A DNA stretch of 64,000 nt from Rhodothermales bacterium. Its GTDB lineage: Bacteria > Bacteroidota > Rhodothermia > Rhodothermales > JANQRZ01. Made by a program: the position numbers and the translations under genes. The notes below the pieces were generated by a model, which was given only the letters and a program-made list of their open reading frames with translations, ran no database searches and was not told the origin of the DNA. Shown here one piece after another: positions 1 to 6,164 of this stretch; position 1 is the stretch's first letter; the number at the start of each line of letters is the position of its first letter. The stretch lies in NCBI GenBank assembly GCA_039944855.1, contig JBDUXZ010000003.1, positions 130,169 through 194,168 of the forward strand, in the 5' to 3' direction.

Positions 1-174
1 CGCGGCCTGCCGGAGCGAGGTGTTCCGCGCCAGCCCGATCCGCAGCGCTTCGTCGAAGGTGATCTCCTCGCCGGAGGTCCCGTCCGGGGCGGGGGCCGTC
101 TGGGCCGTTACGGTACCGGCACCGAGAAAGCCGAGGAGGGCAAGCAGCGCGGCGCGGCGGAAGAAAACGATCAT
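1..174 (-). CDS. Outer-membrane efflux protein (TolC/OprM-like), first 58 codons only; gene runs off the window start
   Basis: Manual reverse translation from ATG at 174 gives MIVFFRRAALLALLGFLGAGTVTAQTAPAPDGTSGEEITFDEALRIGLARNTSLRQAA. This is a signal peptide followed by the usual TolC-family N-terminal motif. The frame is open to base 1, and it is absent from the ORF track because no stop lies in the window. Confidence 0.4.
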   Translation of the reverse strand, partial: MIVFFRRAALLALLGFLGAGTVTAQTAPAPDGTSGEEITFDEALRIGLARNTSLRQAA

Positions 175-323
175 GGAGGAACGTGCAGATTGGGGCAGGA
201 GGGAACGGTGGCTTTGACGGCAGCCCTCGCCGCTTTGTTACACCCGCAACGTACCGAAGATCAGAACGCCGCCGCGTACCGGACATAGCTGCGCTGTTGC
301 CTGATCCCTGCCGACGTCGTATC

Positions 324-339
324 ATCGTATAAATACGAT
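324..339. promoter_or_regulatory. Inverted repeat ATCGTAT-AA-ATACGAT, 10 nt upstream of arsR; candidate ArsR operator
   Basis: Perfect 7-bp arms were read directly. A related palindrome lies upstream of arsM at 3300-3323. Confidence 0.5.
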
Positions 340-348
340 CAAGCGATC

Positions 349-684
349 ATGCCTCCCACCGCTCCCTTTCCCACCGAACTCACCGACCTCGCCGCGTTCG
401 CGAAAGCGCTCGGCCACCCGGCCCGCCTCGCCATCCTCCGCACCCTCGCCGAGCGCGGCACGTGCGTCTGCGGAGAGGTCGTGGACGTGCTCCCGCTCGC
501 GCAGGCCACCGTTTCGCAGCACCTCAAGGTGCTGAAGGACGCCGGCCTCGTCCGCGGAGAGACCGACGGCCCCCGCTCCTGCTACTGCCTCGACCCCGAC
601 GCCGTCGCCCGCCTCGCCGACGCCATCGCCGCGTTCACGGCCGGCCTCCGTCCCCACGCGGCGGGCGAAGCCGACTGCTGCTGA
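349..684 (+). CDS. arsR: ArsR/SmtB-family metalloregulatory repressor
   Basis: 111 aa. It has a winged-HTH core ([19 protein letters not shown]), a CVC motif ([10 protein letters not shown]) at the position of the As(III)-binding ELCVCDL site of ArsR, and a C-terminal CC. Confidence 0.9.
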   Translation: MPPTAPFPTELTDLAAFAKALGHPARLAILRTLAERGTCVCGEVVDVLPLAQATVSQHLKVLKDAGLVRGETDGPRSCYCLDPDAVARLADAIAAFTAGLRPHAAGEADCC

Positions 685-704
685 CCCCCACGCCACCCGC
701 TCCT

Positions 705-1850
705 ATGCCTGCCACGCCCCCTGCCACGAAGCGGCTCTCCTTCCTCGACCGCTACCTCACCCTCTGGATCTTCGCCGCCATGGCGATCGGCGTCGGCGTC
801 GGCGCCCTCAGCCCCGGGGTCGAAGCCTTCTGGAACCAATTCCAGATCGGTACGACGAACGTGCCCATCGCCATCGGCCTCATCCTCATGATGTACCCGC
901 CGCTGGCAAAGGTGCGCTACGAGGAGTTGGGCGAGGTCTTCCGCAACAAGAAAATCCTCGGGCTCTCGCTCGTGCAGAACTGGGTGATCGGGCCGGTGCT
1001 GATGTTCGCCCTCGCGATCCTTTTCCTCCACGACCACCCCGAGTACATGGTCGGGCTGATCATGATCGGGCTGGCCCGCTGCATCGCCATGGTGATCGTG
1101 TGGAACGATTTGGCCGAGGGCGACACCGACTACGCCGCCGGCCTCGTCGCCTTCAACAGCGTGTTCCAGGTCCTCTTCTACAGCGTCTACGCGTGGGTCT
1201 TCATCACGGTGCTCCCGCCACTGTTCGGGCTGGAGGGGAGCGTCGTCGCCGTCTCGATGGGGCAGATCGCCGAGAGCGTCGCCGTCTACCTCGGCATCCC
1301 GTTCGTGGCGGGGATGGTGACGCGGTTCGTACTGCTGAAAACGAAGGGGCGCGACTGGTACGAGGAGCAGTTCATCCCTCGAATCAGCCCGATGACGCTC
1401 GTGGCGCTCCTCTTCACGATTGTCGCGATGTTCAGCCTCCAGGGCGGGGCCATCCTCGCGCAGCCGTTCGACGTGCTGCTCATCGCCGTGCCGCTCCTGA
1501 TCTACTTCGTCGTGATGTTCCTCGTGAGCTTCTGGATGGGCCACGCGATCGGGGCGGACTACTCGAAGACGACGACGCTCTCGTTCACGGCCGCCTCGAA
1601 CAACTTCGAGTTGGCCATCGCGGTGGCCGTGGCCGTCTTCGGGATCGGCCACGGCGCGGCATTCGCCGCCGTGATCGGACCGCTCGTCGAAGTGCCGGTG
1701 CTGATCGGGCTCGTGAGTGTCGCGCTCTACTTCCAGCGGAAATACTTCGGTCCCGAGGTGGAACGCGGCGACGTGGCCGTCCCTGGCGACATCTGCCCGA
1801 CGGAGGTGAAGCTGCCACGACATGCCCTCACCGAGTCCGACACGCCTTGA
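705..1850 (+). CDS. acr3: ACR3-family arsenite efflux permease
   Basis: The start was trimmed to the ATG at 705 ([33 protein letters not shown]...). It is multi-TM and shows typical ACR3 blocks ([27 protein letters not shown]). The upstream part of the tracked ORF is Arg/Pro-rich and overlaps arsR. Confidence 0.9.
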   Translation: MPATPPATKRLSFLDRYLTLWIFAAMAIGVGVGALSPGVEAFWNQFQIGTTNVPIAIGLILMMYPPLAKVRYEELGEVFRNKKILGLSLVQNWVIGPVLMFALAILFLHDHPEYMVGLIMIGLARCIAMVIVWNDLAEGDTDYAAGLVAFNSVFQVLFYSVYAWVFITVLPPLFGLEGSVVAVSMGQIAESVAVYLGIPFVAGMVTRFVLLKTKGRDWYEEQFIPRISPMTLVALLFTIVAMFSLQGGAILAQPFDVLLIAVPLLIYFVVMFLVSFWMGHAIGADYSKTTTLSFTAASNNFELAIAVAVAVFGIGHGAAFAAVIGPLVEVPVLIGLVSVALYFQRKYFGPEVERGDVAVPGDICPTEVKLPRHALTESDTP

Positions 1851-1870
1851 CCTCTCCGAGCCCGCTCGCC

Positions 1871-2677
1871 ATGCCTACGACCCTCGCCATTTTCTCTGAC
1901 GTCCACGCCAATCTCCCAGCGCTGGAGGCCGTGTTCGCCGACCTCGACCGCCGCACGGCTGAGGGCTCGGTCGACGCCGTGTACTGCCTCGGCGATCTCG
2001 TCGGCTACGCGCCGTGGCCGAACGAAGTCGTGGACACGATCCGCGCGCGCAGCATCCCGACGATCGCCGGCAACTACGACGAGGGCGTCGGCCTCGGCTC
2101 CGACGACTGCGGCTGCGCGTACAAAACCGACGAGGACCGGGCGCGCGGCACCGAGAGCATCGCATTCACGAAGGGCGTCGTGACGGAAGCGACGCGGCGC
2201 TATCTCCGAGGATTGCCCCGCCACCTCCGCCTCACGTTCGCCGTGCCGCGCGACGCGGATGCCGACACCGTCGACGTGCTGCTCGTCCACGGCAGCCCGC
2301 GCAAGGTGAACGAGTACCTCTTCGACGACCGCCCCGACGCCAGCTTCCTGCGGATGATGGAGGCCGCGCACGCCGACGTGCTCCTCTTTGGCCACACGCA
2401 CAAGCCGTTCCACCGGGCGATGGAGTACGTGACCTCCGACGGACGGACGCACATCCGCCATGCCGTCAACACCGGCTCCGTCGGCAAGCCGAAGGATGGC
2501 GACGCGCGGGCGGGCTACGTCCTGCTCACGATCGACCCCGAGCGTGGCAAAGAGGACGCGGCATACTGCTCCGTCGAGCACGTCCGCGTGGCTTACGACG
2601 TCGAGCGCGCCGCCCGCGCCGTCGAGGCCAGCCCGCTCCCCGACGCCTTCGCCGCGATGCTCCGCGACGCGCACTGA
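1871..2677 (+). CDS. Metallophosphoesterase (YfcE/calcineurin-like family)
   Basis: Start at ATG 1871 (MPTTLAIFSDVHANLPALEAV...). Motifs seen are DVHAN, GDLVGY, GNYD and GHTH. It lies 20 nt after acr3. Confidence 0.8.
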   Translation: MPTTLAIFSDVHANLPALEAVFADLDRRTAEGSVDAVYCLGDLVGYAPWPNEVVDTIRARSIPTIAGNYDEGVGLGSDDCGCAYKTDEDRARGTESIAFTKGVVTEATRRYLRGLPRHLRLTFAVPRDADADTVDVLLVHGSPRKVNEYLFDDRPDASFLRMMEAAHADVLLFGHTHKPFHRAMEYVTSDGRTHIRHAVNTGSVGKPKDGDARAGYVLLTIDPERGKEDAAYCSVEHVRVAYDVERAARAVEASPLPDAFAAMLRDAH

Positions 2678-2687
2678 CCGCACGCTC

Positions 2688-3293
2688 ATGCCCGACACGC
2701 CTGCTGCTCCCGTCACCGCCGAAGTCTGGACCCGATTCCGCGCCGGCCTCCTCGCCTTCCTCCTCCGCCGTCTCCCCTCGCAGGCCGATGCCGAGGACGT
2801 GTTGCAGGACGTGTTCGTCCGCATCCACGAAGGCGCGAGCGACCTCCGGCACCCCGACCGCCTCCAGCCGTGGGTCTTCGCGATTGCCCACCGTGCCGTC
2901 GCCGATTTCTACCGTGCGCACGGCCGACGCCCCGATGATCTGCCCGCTGAGGCCGCGGCCGAGCCGGCCGTAGAGCCGGCGCACGTGGGCGTCGCGCCGC
3001 ACCCGGACGGGCACGACGTCCACGACGAAGTGCTCTCGTGGCTCGTCCCCCTCGTCGACGCACTCCCCGATGGCTACCGCGAGGCCGTCCGCCTCGCCGA
3101 CCTCGAAGGGCTCACGCAGCAGGCCGTTGCCGACCGGCTCGGCCTCTCGCTCTCGGGCGCGAAGAGCCGCGTGCAGCGGGGCCGGGCTCTCCTCGGCGAT
3201 CTGCTCCGCGCGTGTTGCGAGGTCGAGTTCGGGCCGGACGGGCGGGCCGTCGAGTACCGTCCGCGCACCGGATCGTGCGCGGACGACTGCTGA
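2688..3293 (+). CDS. ECF-type sigma-70 factor with a short C-terminal Cys-rich extension (SigZ/CorE-like architecture)
   Basis: Start at ATG 2688. Region 2 is present (DVLQDVFVRIHE, WVFAIAHRAVADFYR) and so is region 4 (EGLTQQAVADRLGLSLSGAKSRVQRGR). The tail is LLRACCEVEFGPDGRAVEYRPRTGSCADDC. Confidence 0.8.
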   Translation: MPDTPAAPVTAEVWTRFRAGLLAFLLRRLPSQADAEDVLQDVFVRIHEGASDLRHPDRLQPWVFAIAHRAVADFYRAHGRRPDDLPAEAAAEPAVEPAHVGVAPHPDGHDVHDEVLSWLVPLVDALPDGYREAVRLADLEGLTQQAVADRLGLSLSGAKSRVQRGRALLGDLLRACCEVEFGPDGRAVEYRPRTGSCADDC

Positions 3294-3299
3294 CGGCGC

Positions 3300-3323
3300 A
3301 TTCATCGTATTTACACGATGAAT
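3300..3323. promoter_or_regulatory. Inverted repeat ATTCATCGT-ATTTAC-ACGATGAAT between the sigma gene and arsM; candidate ArsR operator
   Basis: Perfect 9-bp arms. It shares the TCATCGTAT...ACGAT core with the site at 324-339. Confidence 0.5.
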
Positions 3324-3411
3324 CGTGCGTCCATCGCGCCGGATCTCCGACTACTGGAGAGAACGCGGCGGCTTCGGCCCCGCACCCTCTCCTCCCAACA
3401 CAGGTATTCCG

Positions 3412-4233
3412 ATGACTACGCCCACGCTTTCTCCCACGACCGCCGACCCGACCCGCATCAAAGCGCACGTCCGCGACACCTACGCCCGCGCCGCCACCCG
3501 CGACACCGGCTGCTGCGCCCCCTCCTGCTGCGGCGACGACGCCGACGCCCTCTCGATGATCGGCGACGCCTACGACCGCGTCGAGGGGTACGTCGCCGAC
3601 GCCGATCTCGGGCTCGGCTGCGGCATTCCCACCGAACACGCCGGCCTCGCCGACGGGCAGACCGTGCTCGACCTCGGCAGCGGGGCAGGCATCGACGCCT
3701 TCGTCGCCCGCCGGATCGTCGGCGAGACGGGCCGCGTCGTCGGGGTGGACTTCACGCCGGAGATGGTCGCGAAGGCCCGCGCGAACGCCGCGCGGCTCGG
3801 CTACGACAACGTCACGTTCGTCGAGGGCGAGATCGAAGCGCTCCCGCTCGACGACGCGAGTATCGACGTGGCGCTCTCGAACTGCGTGCTCAACCTCGTC
3901 CCGGACAAAGCGCGGGCGTTCGCCGAGGTCTACCGCGTCCTCCGCCCCGGCGGCCACTTCTGCATCTCCGATGTCGTCTCCCACGGCATGCTGCCGGAAC
4001 CGATCCGCCGCTCGGCCGCGCTCTACGCCGGATGCGTGGCGGGCGTCGTAGACGAAGCCGCGTACCTCGAGCTTATCCGCGCGGCAGGGTTCAAGCGCGT
4101 CGAGGTCGCGGCAGCGCGGCGGATCGAGGTGCCGGAGACGATGCTGCCGGCGGATCTCGCGGCGGAAGAGCGCGCGGCCTTCGAAGCAGGCGGCGTGTGG
4201 AGCGTCACCGTGCGCGGCACGAAACCGGCGTAG
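3412..4233 (+). CDS. arsM: Arsenite S-adenosylmethionine methyltransferase
   Basis: Start chosen at ATG 3412 (MTTPTLSP...). It has an N-terminal Cys cluster (TGCCAPSCCG), a SAM-binding motif (VLDLGSGAGID) and the conserved LSNCVLNL and HFCISD blocks. Confidence 0.85.
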   Translation: MTTPTLSPTTADPTRIKAHVRDTYARAATRDTGCCAPSCCGDDADALSMIGDAYDRVEGYVADADLGLGCGIPTEHAGLADGQTVLDLGSGAGIDAFVARRIVGETGRVVGVDFTPEMVAKARANAARLGYDNVTFVEGEIEALPLDDASIDVALSNCVLNLVPDKARAFAEVYRVLRPGGHFCISDVVSHGMLPEPIRRSAALYAGCVAGVVDEAAYLELIRAAGFKRVEVAAARRIEVPETMLPADLAAEERAAFEAGGVWSVTVRGTKPA

Positions 4234-4246
4234 CGCCGAGAACGCG

Positions 4247-4280
4247 TGCGGGGGCCGTCCTCTCGGGGACGGCCCCCGCA
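4247..4280. terminator. Hairpin between convergent genes (14-bp perfect stem)
   Basis: TGCGGGGGCCGTCC-tctcgg-GGACGGCCCCCGCA lies between the arsM stop (4233) and the stop of the minus-strand lipoprotein gene (4312). There is no clear U-tract. Confidence 0.5.
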
Positions 4281-4311
4281 GTCGCCGAGGGTCGGAGGAG
4301 GAGCACCCCGG

Positions 4312-5352
4312 CTAGAACGCGTAGTCGCCCAGTTCCTCGACCGGGAAGGCGGCGGTGAAATTGTTGCCGCCGGCCCAGATCGTGTACCGCGTGCCGTCGC
4401 GGCTGAAGAGGTAGACCTGGTTCGTGTCTTCGCGGTAGACCGCAGCGCCGACGGCCGAGATCGGGGCGTTGCCGCCGCCGAACTGCGAGGGGAACGTGAA
4501 CACGTCGGAGAACGAGTCGTTCTCGGGCTGCCAGAGCTGCCACTCCGTCCCGTTCTGGTTGAAGAGCACGATGCTGTTCGAGGCGAAGAAGTCGCCCTCG
4601 ACGGCCGCGCCGATCGAGCTGAGTTCGTAGCCCTGCTCGTCGTACTCCTCTTCGAAGGAGGCCGGCGTGTCGAAATCCGCCGTGTCGCGCTCGTAGTTGG
4701 TGAACGTGTCGCCGTCGTTCGCGAAGAAGTACGTCTCGCCCTCGTCGAACACGCTCGCGGCGGCGGCGACATCGTCGAGCGGGATGAGGCCGTTCTCGAT
4801 GTCGTCGAGGTCGTCGGGGTCGGTGGAGACGCCGGTGACGGGGTTGAAGACGAGGAAGCGGTCGCCGCTCGTGTTAAAGAACACGATGCGGCTGTCGCCC
4901 GCGTTCGGATAGGCCGCGCCGACGGCGGTGCCGCCGCTCGATCCGCCGCCCTGCCCGAAGGAGAACGTCGCGGAAGCACCCGTGGCGGCGTTGCCGGCCG
5001 CGTCGCGGACGCCGTTCGCGGTGACGGTGTACGTCCGCCGCTCGTCGTCGTCGAGGCCGGCGGCGAGGGTGAGCGTGACGCTCGCGCCATTCGCGGTGGC
5101 CGCGGTGACGGTCGCGCCGGGGGTGACGGTAAAGGCCGAGGCCGTGACGCTCGCCGCGTCGAGCGCTTCGCTGAAGGTGACGGAGACGGTGCTACCGTCG
5201 GAGCTGCTGGCGCTGAGGATCGTGGGCGGCATCGTGTCGCCGTTGTCATCGCCGTCGCCGCCGCTGTCGCAGGCGGCGAGGGGGAGGAGGAACGCGGCGC
5301 AGGCCATCACGCGCAGCGCGGAGCGGAGTCGGGAGGTCGGGAGGGAGCGCAT
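4312..5352 (-). CDS. Secreted lipoprotein: Ig-like (Big_5/SbsA-type) domain plus a 4-fold ~50-aa repeat (hemopexin-like propeller suspected)
   Basis: Lipobox (FLLPLAAC). The Ig-like block is VSVTFSEALDAASVTASAFTV...YTVTANGVRDAAGN. Four repeats of the pattern (V/I)(G/A)AA...(Y/V)(F/L)F...G..(F/W/Y) follow. Confidence 0.8.
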   Translation of the reverse strand: MRSLPTSRLRSALRVMACAAFLLPLAACDSGGDGDDNGDTMPPTILSASSSDGSTVSVTFSEALDAASVTASAFTVTPGATVTAATANGASVTLTLAAGLDDDERRTYTVTANGVRDAAGNAATGASATFSFGQGGGSSGGTAVGAAYPNAGDSRIVFFNTSGDRFLVFNPVTGVSTDPDDLDDIENGLIPLDDVAAAASVFDEGETYFFANDGDTFTNYERDTADFDTPASFEEEYDEQGYELSSIGAAVEGDFFASNSIVLFNQNGTEWQLWQPENDSFSDVFTFPSQFGGGNAPISAVGAAVYREDTNQVYLFSRDGTRYTIWAGGNNFTAAFPVEELGDYAF

Positions 5353-5522
5353 GGGTCGGTCGGTTTGTTGGAGAGTCGCAAGGGGGGGCCGTCGGGGCGG
5401 CCTCTATCTCCTCACGCAGCACTCGCGTGCCCAACCGATCACGCATCGTCAAAAAAACCCGCGCTCTACCGAACCACATTATCTTTAACCCCCGCCCCAC
5501 GTCCCCATCCTCTGCGCCCTCC

Positions 5523-6101
5523 GTGACTGCCCCCGCGCACGAGATCACCGACCTCCTCGCCGACCTCAGCGACGGCAACCGCGCGGCCGTCGACCTCATC
5601 CTTCCCCGGGTCTACGACGAGTTGCAGGCGCTCGCGCACGGCAAGCTCCGCCGCGAGCGCGCCGACCACACGCTGAACACGACGGCGCTCGTGCACGAGG
5701 CCTACCTCAAGCTCGTCAAGCAGGACCGGGTGACGTGGCAGAACCGGGCGCACTTCTTCGCGATCGCGTCGACGGCGATGCGGCGCATCCTCGTCAACTA
5801 CGCCCACAAGCGGAACGCGGAGAAGCGCGGCGGCGGACTCGCGCTCGCCACGTTCGAGGAGGGGATGGGCCACGGCTACGAGGCCCGCGCCGAGGAACTC
5901 ATCGCGCTCGACACGGCCCTCGAGCGGCTGGCCGAGCGCGACGTGCGGCAGAGCCAGGTCGTCGAGTACCGCTTCTTCGGCGGGCTCACGCACGAGGAGA
6001 TCGCCGAAGTCCTCGGCGTCTCGGTGCCGACGGTGGGGCGGGACTGGCGCTTCGCGCGGGCGTGGCTCAGCCGCGAACTCGCCGACGACCTCCCCGAATA
6101 G
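5523..6101 (+). CDS. ECF sigma factor of the Sigma70_ECF (PF07638-like) type
   Basis: ITDLLADLSDGNRAAVDLILPRVYDELQALAHGKLRRERADHTLNTTALVHEAYLKLV is the characteristic N-terminus of this family. The GTG at 5523 is the preferred start; ATG 5427 is the alternative. Confidence 0.85.
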   Translation: MTAPAHEITDLLADLSDGNRAAVDLILPRVYDELQALAHGKLRRERADHTLNTTALVHEAYLKLVKQDRVTWQNRAHFFAIASTAMRRILVNYAHKRNAEKRGGGLALATFEEGMGHGYEARAEELIALDTALERLAERDVRQSQVVEYRFFGGLTHEEIAEVLGVSVPTVGRDWRFARAWLSRELADDLPE

Positions 6102-6164
6102 CGCCTCCCCGAGTAGCGGGCCGCGCGGTCGGTGATCGGTCGCGCCGGTGTTTGCTGCGTATCC

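Noticed and set aside
462-704. An N-terminal extension of the acr3 ORF, and similar 5' extensions on the tracked ORFs for the MPP, sigma, prfC, argC, argD, argB, argH, gdhA, lysS, PPIase, bactofilin, holA and X genes.
   Set aside because: The extensions are Arg/Pro-rich and overlap the preceding genes in another frame. Homology-like sequence begins only at the internal start codons that I used.
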